From Antedon mediterranea (lineage: Eukaryota; Animalia; Echinodermata), in contig NC_092670.1 of assembly GCF_964355755.1 (NCBI RefSeq), forward strand, positions 21,314,795-21,378,794: a stretch of 64,000 nucleotides of DNA. The letters run 5' to 3'. Below are positions 52,841-64,000 of the stretch, in pieces. A program made the translations under genes and the position numbers. The notes under the pieces were generated by a model that was not told the DNA's origin, did no database searches, and was given only the letters and a program-made list of their open reading frames with translations. How positions within the stretch are numbered: position 1 is the stretch's first letter; each line of letters begins with the position of its first letter.

Positions 52841-54660
52841 CCCTTTATGATAACACTCACTAATATATAACTGCTTTATAATAGGCACTTGTGGGGCTTA
52901 TACAATTATTACGTATAGCCTATAAACTCATCGCCGGGTTAACCAGAGCGGGCGCATGTTATTATTCCAAACGGTCTATATCATCATCTTATAATAGTTT
53001 ACAATTTCAAATACAGTATATTTAAAAATGTATTGCTCCACAAAAACATGAAATAAGAAGATTAATTAAATCATACTTTTGAATAGGTTTTTTTGTAGTT
53101 TTAATAAAGTTAATCCCTTCCATAAAAAAAATGTTTTCTCATATAATTGACAACATAAATGGTCAAATTTGACCATTTTTTGTTTGAAATAACAGTTTTT
53201 CAGGGAAATAAATTTGTTTTCGATTTATTTTTTGTTCAAAGTGGATAACTACAGTATTATGTGACATTAAAATGGCATATTAAAAAAAAATGTTCATGGG
53301 GGACAATACATCTTCAAGTGACTTTTTTTAGTATGTTTTTGTCTCTTATACAGAGGAGTGCAAACCTGCCATCTCATGTTCGGTAATACGGAGATACAGG
53401 TATAATACATTGGAGCAACAAATGGTGCAAATAAAAAACAGTTTCTGAGTGTTAAACAAACTGAATGCTAATATATACAATATAACAACAAATTTTATTT
53501 TTAATATTTATTTTTCCTAATCATAATTTATTGGGTATTCATGCAGTCTACAAAATAGATTAGAGCAATCAGATTGTGAGAATAGTCTAATCATCAAGCA
53601 ATTATATTGTTGCATGATGTTATCAATAAATTGATAGGCAGCCTTCGATTTGAGATGACCTAGGACCTGTACGCATAATGGTATCATTGGTCGTCGGCTG
53701 CACACAATGAATTATAATGACGCAACTAGTTCCCAGGTCGTCGCAAATCGAAAGAGCCAAGTTGCATACGTCATCATTGTCATACTTACAGGCAGTATGC
53801 CTACAATTAGATTGTGTGTTGTTTGGGCCTATATCCAACAAATTTGATAAATTATGTTAAAGACAATTATATTGTTAATCAGTATCAAGAATAATAAGTA
53901 CTGTTTGTTGTTGTTTGAGTTAATTACAGTACAGTTGATACTGTATAATTTAATCGTGGTTCGCACTAGGACGCAACATAAGGATGTAAGCGCAACGCAA
54001 GCAAATTGACCAATGACAAGCAACAGTTTGGATAATTCATCGCTTTGTGATTGGTCAAGTTACATACATTGTGCTTACGGCGTTGCAGAAACCAAGCTTT
54101 AAACAACTGCTAGGCTATTATTGAAATCAGTAAATTTTAAATTTTCCCTACCCTACCTTCACCCATTTTCACTCACACACACACCTCAATGAATATTCAT
54201 GAAGTAACAATTTTACCCATAAGCATTGCAGCATTTTGTTAGGGTGCATGATGGGTAATGGCAGTTTCAATTATGCTGCATATTCATGTGTTGTGTATTA
54301 CATATACAATTTTTTTCCCAAATTGGATGGATTAACATTTCGATCAAATTTTATTCCAGTGCATCCGAGTCACTGTACTGTATTATATCATCCCAGTATC
54401 ACAGCCAAATTCTGTAATACAGTGTCACATATGCATCACATGTGGTGCCTTTCACTCTGTTAAAGTTAGGTTTATAGCCTATGATACGGGCATGTGATGC
54501 ATATATGACATTGTATCACAGAATTTGCCATGATACTGGAAAATTATAGATACATTATCAAGAATCAGCTGTCCAGTTTTAGATTAAATTTTACTCCTTT
54601 TTTCAATGTATGTGAAACACGCAACATTTACAAATTATATACATCTGTCCGTCAACAATG

Positions 54661-57253
54661 TCATAACCGCTTCAGCGTTCTCTTTTTATCTCGTTTTTTC
54701 TTTTCCGCGACTTTTTTATCACTGGCATGTTTTTTCGCTGATGGTCCTTCCATGCTAGATGAGTGACTACCTTCTGGTTTTGTTCGAGAATCTTTGGAAG
54801 ATCGACATGGTGGTAACGCATGTATTTCGGTCATCATTTTGGCGCGTTTAAAATAATCATCGTACTGTTCTAGTAATAACTTGCCCGCCTCTTCGTTTAG
54901 TGCAGATTCAGGATTTGGGTAAATTAATAAACATTTTACGGTCTAAGGAGAAAAAAATGTCCATAATGAATTTTAAAACAGTTAAACAAATTACATATTG
55001 TAATAACCAATAAAACAAAACAAAAAAACGTACCAACAAAAGCTGTTTGATTCCCAAGTCTGCTTTCCAATCTTTCTTTAATGTGTTGACACAGATTTCA
55101 CCGTTACTAGCCACGTTGGGATGGAACACTTTGGTGACAAAGAAACCTTTTGGCGGAGATTGTGGGAAATCTCGTCCAAGAACAAGTTTAATTCTAAATT
55201 GACCGCCTGCATATGGTGTTCCAGCTAAAAAAGAAAAAAATCTAAATAAATAACCAAATACTGTATATATTACTGTATACGTTAATATATTTAGCAGTTA
55301 TTTTATTTTCGGCTAAAAAGCAATTGGCATGGATAATTTTTATAAAAGGACAAAAATGTGTTGTTTATTAATGCATGCAATAGTGAGGAATGTTAACCAC
55401 AGTAACTACTTTATTAATACACTTACATGGACCTTCTATTGTGGCCTGGATATCTGTGATATCATTCTCACTTGCTAGAACTTTAATGCCCTCAGGTGGG
55501 TCAGACATTAATTCCATTACCTCTTTGGCTACACGCCTTATTATTTGAGGCGAAAGGTTTTCGACATTAGAACTCTGCTATTATGAAAAAAGAAAGTATA
55601 ATTTTATAATTAATGTATACAAAGTATCTTAAAAATTAAGAAGTTTTCATTTGTGTTTTAAATAAAAATATGGTTTGAAATGAGAAGTCTAAAAAAGAAA
55701 ATTTAAATCTAATTATTTAATAATTCCCACGCACCAAAAATCTCACACATATTTAACAATCTCAATTTTTGTTTTCATGCCTAGAATCACTGATGCTCTA
55801 GTTCCACAACAACGTTAAAAAAAAATTTTTTGGGCAATGGGAGTTTCATACCAGGAATGCTTCGGCCATGTGCGCAGACGTTTCGACCCAGTCATCGGAG
55901 ATATTGCATCCTAATTTAGCCCGTAAATGGGAAATCTCAAGGCAGCAGTAACATCAAAGTTGACACGTATGCAACAATCAAAATAGGCTACACCCACTGT
56001 CAAACATTGTACGCCGTGGTTAGGATTCCGGCACCGGAACTCAAATGCCCACCGTTAGGGAATCCGACACGCTATTGCGCATGCCCAGAGACTAATGCCA
56101 CACACCACACCTGCACCACCGAGAGTCGGAGTGTTTATAGGGATTTACTGTAGTTAGTCGTTGGGCGAGCGAGGGAGCGATGGATGAAACTTGGCCTAGG
56201 CCATACATGAATTAATAATTAAAATACGACTACGCCACGCATTAAAATAATTATGATATTGATAAGAATCAGTATCTATTTAAGAATTGTATGCTGTAAT
56301 TTTATTAGACAGAAGAAGTATGAAGTTCGGAACGGGAGAAAAACACATGTATATAGGACCACAATGGAAATAAGTTTGCCGTATCGGTACTTTATTGTGT
56401 TTTTATCCTATGATTTTTTTCAGAATACAGAAACACAGGCCTGCCCAGTGTCATAATGCGTATTTCAAGAAATGAGCGTAGCGTTGTGACCCCAACTTCT
56501 CGAACAGTTCTGTATTTTCACATCTGCGCGGCAACTGCCGTCAACAAATCAACTTGTATATGATTGCATGTTATGTACAGTATAATGCGTTATATGAAAT
56601 CTTTTATTTTGTACTTGAAAAATCATAAAACTAGTCATGTAATTATATAAATCATTATATGAAGTTTATATATGAATGAAGCAACCACTCCTTTAATTAC
56701 GAAATAAATAGGCCCACTGGTCACGTCTAACTGGTAGGCCTACTTACTAGTATTAGTGGCCTATTAGTAGGCATCTACACTAGTTCGCCGTGGCGCGCGC
56801 AGCTATTAAAAATGATCTATCGCTATTTAGTCTGTATAGAGTCACCGATTACCTCGCTCTGGGCATGCGCAATAGCGTGTCGGATTCCGTAACGCTGGGC
56901 AGTTGAGTTCCGGTGCCGGAATCCTAACCATGGCGAACATTGTATTGACCCAGATGGGCCTTACGTAGGCACTCAGGCTAAATTGATCTAATTAAATGAG
57001 CCTACGCCTCTAACATAGCCTGTGAATTACCATCCTAGCTAGGCCTCTATCTAGGCCCTAGTTGAATTTAGGCTAGGCCTAGCCTAGTCGATGTGGGGCT
57101 AAGCCTAGCCTAGGCCTAGGTAGGCGCGGCCTAGAGCTAGGAGCTTTAGCCTATAGAGAGGCTATCTTTTTATCAACGCAAAACAAAATAAATCGACATA
57201 TGAGCAATGAACTGACACATTCCAGTCAACCATAATTCACTTACACTAGCCAT
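54661..57253 (-). CDS. UBE2S: Ubiquitin-conjugating enzyme E2 S; 4 coding exons
   Basis: MAS / [18 protein letters not shown]...PPEGIKV...DIQATIEGP / [10 protein letters not shown]...[20 protein letters not shown] / [25 protein letters not shown]...[12 protein letters not shown], matching the diagnostic UBE2S N- and C-termini. Confidence 0.96.
55993..56958. repeat. About 85-100-bp GC-rich inverted repeat pair in UBE2S intron 1
   Basis: GGTTAGGATTCCGGCACCGGAACTCAA...GCTATTGCGCATGCCCAGAG (to 56090) is mirrored from 56857. Confidence 0.85.
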
Positions 57254-57299
57254 AGTACTTTTAAAAAGAAAAATAATTATATTATAACACCAGATTTTA

Positions 57300-57435
57300 G
57301 TAGAATTCCGGACTTCCTTCTGGTACCAAACGTCTTTCTTTTGTTTTGCTAACTTGTCAATTTAAAAATCGGAATACAAATTTACGAAATGACCAATCAG
57401 CTTGCAGATATTTTGACCTCTAAACAGGAAGTTGG
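57300..57435. promoter_or_regulatory. Probable UBE2S promoter region
   Basis: ETS-like ACTTCC (57312) and CAGGAAGT (57425) and CCAATCA (57393) just upstream of the ATG. Confidence 0.45.
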
Positions 57436-58110
57436 CATTAGCCAAAAAGAAATATAAATACTTAATTTACTTACTATGTGAACATGTACCTAATCTTAAG
57501 AAGTTTAATTAATAACTTATTACTAAATGTATATATACTTATTGTTAACAAATTATTGTAGTACTAGAACGAACATAATAACGTGACCCCACGTCGTAAA
57601 TAGAGAGGTCGTGACCATGTCAAACATGATGTCATGTTTCATATTTTGCATAGACGAAAGGCGGACGGGCTGGATGGGGCGAGCCACTGCACTGGTATAA
57701 AGTATAGGAGGAGGCCAGGAAGTACAATTGATGTTTTTATAAGCCTACCCAACTATGGGAACATTTTTGTATTAATTAGAAAACTCAAAGGTAAACCATT
57801 GAATATTGTGTATATTTTGAATGACTGATCTATGATTAATACGTATAAAATAGCAAGTCATTTTTTGTCAACAGCAAATTGTTGATGTTTATGTGTAGGC
57901 TGCATAAATAGGCCCAGGCCTAGCCTAGCCTAGGCCTAAGTCAATCAATCAGACAGCAGGCTAGAGAGAGGGTAAGTTTAGGGCCTACCTACTAACTAGA
58001 TAAGAAATGTTCTGCCGAGCCTAGGCTACTACTACTCTAGCTAGGCCTACCTAACTGACCTAGGCCTAAAGCAGACTCTATAGGCTTGGATTTGGGAAAT
58101 GAAGTATAAT

Positions 58111-58909
58111 TGTTATGCGCGATTTGAACGATTTGCGCAATTTGAAATTGCGCAAAAAAAATCCTTGCGCAATTTGAATTGAAACATGTGTTTCAAATTG
58201 CGCAAGCAACGTATTAAATTGCGCAAGTAATCTGCAAATTGCGCAAGGTTTTTCGACAGATTGTGAAATCATGCACACCCATATTTTTATAGTAATTTCT
58301 AAGAATGATTCAAACTTAAAGATAAATATCGCATTTCCTTATTTTAGTACTGCAAATATTGTTATAAGTTAGCATACCGTCGAAGAACCGACGAAGGGAA
58401 ACGAAGCGGTGGTGTTCCACCAGGCGGGCACGGCGCGGGCGGCCGTCTATACTACTCTAGCCTAGCTAGGGTCTGGACTACTGATACTGACTAGGTTACA
58501 TGGCCTAGCTTAAACTAATATTAAAAACTTAAAAAGTGAGTTTTAAACATTATCTTCATTGAAATGGTCTTATTTATATAATAAAATACTAAATTTTAAA
58601 CTCCTCTGCCTAGGCCTAGCCTAGCCATGTATGGGAAAATTTACAGTTCGTTTTCAAATTGCGCAAAGGTGTCATATTGCGCAAGAACTATCTTGCGCAA
58701 TTTACAAATTGTGCAGCGCAATTTAAAATTGCGCAAAGATTTTCTTGCGCAATTTGAAATTGCGCAAGTTGATTGCGCAATTTGAAATTGCGCAAAAAAA
58801 TCCTTGCGCAATTTTAAATTGCGCAAGAATTCTTTGCGCAATTTCAAATTGCGCAAGGATTTTTTTGCGCAATTTCAAATTGCGCAAATCGTTCAAATCG
58901 CGCATAACA
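58111..58909. mobile_element. Non-autonomous DNA transposon with TGT...ACA ends and 4-bp TSD (Ginger-like)
   Basis: About 65-bp TIRs TGTTATGCGCGATTTGAACGATTTGCGCAA..., TAAT on both flanks, about 20 TTGCGCAA copies. Confidence 0.8.
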
Positions 58910-59067
58910 TAATTATTAATTTTTAAATAAACTTGCAGGATAAATAATAATATAATATTAATAATAAAATTAAAATAAATACTAACTTGGCCTAGGCCTT
59001 TTTAGCCTACGCTAGGCCTAGAATTGTTTTTCTTGGAAATTTAAAAGTCATAATTGAATAAAAAAAA

Positions 59068-59317
59068 GCTGATTTTTAATTTATATAAATGAATATTGAA
59101 TATTTTTTATATTAATGCTTATTATTCGATTTTAATGCCTAATGGATAACTACAATACATTTTTTATGGCACAATATTTTAGGCTATACACGAATTATAA
59201 ATGCTGATTTGTAATTTACAATTAAATGAATATTGAATTTTTTTTTTAATGCTTATTCGATTTTAATGGATAACTACAATACATTTTTTATGGCACAATA
59301 TTTTAGGCTATACACGA
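59068..59317. repeat. About 125-135-bp tandem duplication
   Basis: TAATGGATAACTACAATACATTTTTTATGGCACAATATTTTAGGCTATACACGA is present twice. Confidence 0.9.
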
Positions 59318-59575
59318 TATCTGTTATTTATTTAAAAAAAAAAGATTGAAGACTAAATATTAAAATCTGGCAGTATATTTATTATTCTCCTGTGTCTAAT
59401 ACGAATGGTCTAGGACTACAGTAGGCTACCATGTACACTGACGTGTTTCCACATGTGATGACTGAAATAATTTGGTGATGAATTGAAAGATGAAATTGTT
59501 TACTAAAATTGTTCCTGACAAGATTCATATTTTTTATTTTCCTGGCATATTAAAGGGGAACTCGATTGCACAGAT

Positions 59576-59601
59576 CAGGGAGTTTATTTTACAACTCCCT
59601 G
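59576..59601. mobile_element. Micro-palindrome with 7-bp duplication
   Basis: CACAGAT-CAGGGAGTTTATTTTACAACTCCCTG-CACTGAT. Confidence 0.68.
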
Positions 59602-59720
59602 CACTGATCTAGCTAAGTATTCAAAATCATAACAAATCAGCTGACAATACTTTCACTGTTTAAGTACTGAACTGAATATAGCAAATTGGCAAGTAGAATC
59701 AGCTGCTTGGAATGAGTCTT

Positions 59721-59943
59721 AGCTCTGTCAAAATTAACTTTATGTGACAGAAACATGTGACATGATGTCATATCACTACCATATTTGGGCATATCACCCC
59801 CATATTTGGGCACATCAACACCATATTTGGGAACATCACCACCATATTTGGGCACATCACCACCATATTTGGGCACATCACCACCATATTTGGGCAAATC
59901 ACTTTTTATTGTCAAACTTGGAAATGATAGTGTAGACAGAGCT
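59721..59943. mobile_element. MITE family A copy with internal 21-bp tandem expansion
   Basis: TIRs present. CATCACCACCATATTTGGGCA repeated about 6 times. Confidence 0.85.
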
Positions 59944-62374
59944 TTAAACATTTTTTTAAAACAGTTGTAATACAAGAATCAGATGATTTATTTAATCACA
60001 AATGTGATGTTTTACTTGAATTTTTAATTTGTGTTAGCGGAAAATTGCTATTAATTAACTGTTTTAGTACACAATGTTATTTGGTTTAAAGCTGTTTATT
60101 TTTGTATATAAAACATAATAAATTGCATGTTTCTTGCATTAATTTAATATTGTAATTAAAATTATTATATATTGCATTGACATTGGCAAAGTACTGTAAA
60201 CTATATGATCTAAACCAATACTGCAATACTGTACGCATGTATAGTACTGTCTATGCAGTATCTGCTAATTTATTTATAGATTATAAGTCTTAAAATGTCA
60301 AGTATGTATTACTGTTGATAACATTCCAGTTAATCCCTACTTTTATTGTACATTAAATTAAAGGAATTGGGTTGATATATTTTGGATTATTTTTTGTGTT
60401 CAGTTGTGCGGCAGCACAATTTATTTAATATCTAATATACGGTCAAGATAAATACAAAATGATAATTTGAGTTGAAAATAAAACTGTAAATAAGGTCAAC
60501 ACCAGAAGAAAAACAATTGTTCTTATCCTGTTAGACCTTATATTTGGTAAATTAAATATATGGTTCAATATTAGTTCATATTTCTCCAAAATGAATTCAT
60601 TTCAAAACTCAAAATGTGTTTAGCAACAAAGAAAATGACAGCAATATTATTGTTATTACTCTGATGAACACTGATTATTTTATAAGCTGCAAACTAGGGA
60701 TTTAGAAGGTAGATTTAAATATCAAGTTACTAGCAGGTATAGTTATGTCACTTGGCAGTGACTGATGATATGTTTTTAAACAGAACCTGAAAAATTTAAA
60801 TATTAAAATTAGCTATTGTTATCTTAGCAATTGGACACTAATATGAATGTTATAATTTATTGTGGAATTAACCTATTTGATGGATTGACGTAGATTGTAA
60901 CATTTTGTTTATGCACCCAGTCTATAAATATTGATGTTAGCAGTGTCAGTGTAATTAGTTACATTGTGTGACTTTAATGACCTTTATGTTAAATGCTAAT
61001 GCAATTTTTAAAAATACATACAGATTCATAAAAAAATAAAAACATTTAAAAGACTTTCTAATCAATCTACTTAGCTTTCCTTCTTCAATTGCTATTCTGA
61101 TGTTATATAAACAATAATAAAATTTACAATTTATTTATTATTTGTTTTTTTTTCAGAAAATATTGTGTACATGCTTTTAGTGTTATACAGTTACTGTAAA
61201 ATCCCATTTTATTGGAAGGAAAAACGCCTGTGAAAATGCTTTGTTATAGCTGATAATTAGCATATATTGTATTACACCTGGTTCATCCAGGTGGCCATCT
61301 GAAGGTAAGAACAAGTTAAAAAATACCTTCTTTTAACTTAACGTTAGGAGGTAGAATTAGATTGCTAACTGTATCATTTGCCTGCATCCACTAAAGCTTG
61401 GTTCCCACTAGCGGACGCAATTGTTACAAAAATATATATCTGGTTGATTTGATATCCCATGGCCAATTTAAACCTATAATTTTGTATATTAAATTAGTGA
61501 TATTTTATTGGTTATAGAAGCTGATGACTTATCCTCCTTAATGGCGATTATATTAAGCATTAGGTTTCGTAAATTTTATTTGGAATACTAAAAACATGGT
61601 AGATACAGTACAATGATACTTTTAGTTCCAATGAAAATTTATGCTTGACATCTTGTTTTGTTAGATTTTCATCATGCTTCATTTAAATTATTTATTATTT
61701 TGAACTGATGTTTAAATGAACCCATTAGATGGAAATGAACACAAGGATACAGTAAAAAGCACTAAAAGGCAAAGGTGAATTCTATTATTAAAGTATAATA
61801 CTGATTTTGAGATATTTTAACACAAAAAATTGAATTTTCGTATACATTGCATCACTTTCAACCCAATAAAAAATAAAAAAATAATAATAACACATTGTTC
61901 ATTAGTCTGCAAAGAGGCATACCTACTCTATGGCTATGGAGAGTAATTTATTAGTTAGATTTTTTAGCATAGTAGTAGGTAAGGTTTGCTAGTGGATACT
62001 AAAAGTAAATTTTAAGTCCACCCTCTCCCCTCTTCCCTTCCCCTCTCTCCCAAACTGAATGATGCTACATTATCCTCTTCTCTTGAACTTTTACTGCCCT
62101 TTTGATGTAATTTGTATTACCTTGTTAGTAAGAAATTTATATTCTTCAAATGTCAAATTGTCTACAGCCCCAGAACGCATCTGCTTATCCTAGCATAGGT
62201 ATCCCATGAGTCACAGCTAATATTGCAAGGTGAGAAAGTTTTGGGATGACTGGAATCTGCATTTAGGTTGTGATTATTTTGTTATACAGTACTTTATTTA
62301 CTTAATTCCTTGTTAAATGTTACAAACATGTTTTTTTTTCAAACTGTATTAATATGTACTTGTCAATTGTATGA

Positions 62375-62641
62375 CCCACTATGCGACCCCGGGGTACGTC
62401 ATTTGTCAGATGTGCGTCATACCTTATATGAATACCATGACGCACCCATGCATACAAAATATGATCATCACCCATTTTGAGGCACTGTGACCATGTTGTT
62501 TATGATATTTTGAGTGATAAAGTGACAGACATTGACACACCATCGTTCATTGATGTGACGTACTGTACCTTCTAGGATTTTGACATATTATTTGTAAATG
62601 ACGTACCCATAATGCACTTCTCCCGGGGGTCGTATAGTGGG
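62375..62641. mobile_element. MITE-like element (third family)
   Basis: CCCACTATGCGACCCCGGGG...CCCGGGGGTCGTATAGTGGG termini and an inner inverted GGGTACGTCATTT / AAATGACGTACCC. Confidence 0.7.
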
Positions 62642-64000
62642 AAATATAAGTACATTACCACTACTACAGTACAACTGTCTACTGTCTACATTAATCAATG
62701 CTACTAGCTACAATCATACACAATATCACTAAAACTGTAACCCACGATTACACGATCCTACTATTGTATAAGATCCATAAGTTTGTACTTTCCCATGTCA
62801 TTCACCATACTATTTTAATAACTACTGGTATTAAAAAAGGTCTGATTTCTTTGTATAATTGTTTTTTTATTGAAAGACAATTATTTGGAACTATTGTAAT
62901 CTTATTTCTAAGAATGCTTTGTCTGTATGCCAAATATATTATTTTCCATGACTAAACCATACCCATGGGTATTACCGTTTATAAACCGTACCCATGGGTA
63001 CTACCGATTCTAAATCGTAAATAAGATTTAAATATTACCAACTAAACTCTTAATTTCTTCTAATTAAAGTGAATGATTCAAAGATATGAATAGGTTTTCT
63101 ACTACTACTGTATGTACACATTAGAGATGAGTGTTCTAGAGGTCTGCTGTACTATGTGTTTTAATATTAAAAACATTATATCACTACTTATTTATAAACA
63201 TCAATAATTTATGGGTTTTTAATGGTATGTTCACTGCAACTGTCAAATTCCAAGATTGCATTTCAGGTATAAAAACCATTTGTCATAACATTTCACTCAT
63301 CATTGTGAATGTAATCTCCAATCCAGGTCAACTCCACAGTCATTTTAAAGCTTATCTTAGTATTGGTCCTCCTGACCAGGGAGTTGTTATTAGATGGAGT
63401 AACAACAAATTTATCAACTGATCTACAGCCAATAAGCGACGAGCGGTATACAGGAACCTCAAAGGATTATGCAGTCAACTGGCACTAATTTCCTGCCTTT
63501 TGTTTGGAGTCTACTTTGCCGACGATGCCAGGCCCTCTATCGCCGGGATTCGTCCATTTTGAGTAAAGACTTTCGATGCATTCCTGACAAACAAACATTG
63601 TAGGCATGCGCAGATGATTCCTTCTTCGTCAATAGCTTTACAATTTGTTTACGTCATTAGAGAATTCTGCAATATATATTTTACAAAAAACCGCTTTAAA
63701 TTCCGACCTTTCGTTAAAAAGTTACGATAATTCAAAGTGTACGTTCATCTGTTTGTTTGTAGACCTTCTTTCGTGATTTTCAGAGACTTTTGGTAAGTTT
63801 TAAAGTTAATATTTGATATTTTCCGCACGTTTCTCCATTTTAACACCAGCGCTAATATTTAAAAGAGTATGTCTTCTATCATTCTCTTGATATCTTATTT
63901 TCTTACAGTTTCTTACATAATCGTAATTTTGGTTAAAATACAACATGTTTTTATAGGTGTGGGCATGTTGTCAGTAGTGATAAACGCCAGCGTGTAATCT

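Noticed and set aside
53623-53841. Cys-rich 72-aa minus-strand ORF
   Set aside because: No ATG start, signal peptide or recognisable Cys pattern. It probably lies in or near the UBE2S 3' region.
58078-58905. Short ORFs with LRNLKLRK / AQFEIAQ repeats
   Set aside because: Products of the TTGCGCAA repeats in the transposon.
59637-59975. His-rich and PKYGGDV repeat ORFs
   Set aside because: Translations of the 21-bp expansion inside a MITE.

Overview
AT-rich eukaryotic (metazoan) genomic DNA with short spliceosomal introns. It is most likely an invertebrate, which I infer from gene content and repeat types; I cannot name the species. Seven protein-coding genes can be reconstructed by hand plus one ADAMTS-like gene: FDXR (+), an intronless class-A GPCR (-), two single-coding-exon orphan ORFs in convergent orientation, TSEN54 (+), KATNIP/KIAA0556 (+), a short ADAMTS-like zinc metalloprotease ending right after its disintegrin-like domain (+), and UBE2S (-). 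Introns and intergenic DNA carry many small non-autonomous transposons: two Harbinger-like MITE families, a DINE-1/HINE-like element, a Ginger-like element packed with TTGCGCAA palindromes, 5S- and tRNA-derived SINEs, and L2-type LINE ends. The most notable observations are: (i) three 24-37 bp micro-palindromes, each flanked by its own 7-bp duplication, which look like P-element-type excision footprints, plus a probable intact end of the parent element; (ii) two consecutive U12-type introns in KATNIP; (iii) the TSP1-less mini-ADAMTS; (iv) TAGGCCTA clusters at housekeeping gene 5' ends. I found no prokaryote-type system (CRISPR etc.). All coordinates were read by eye and may be off by a few bases.
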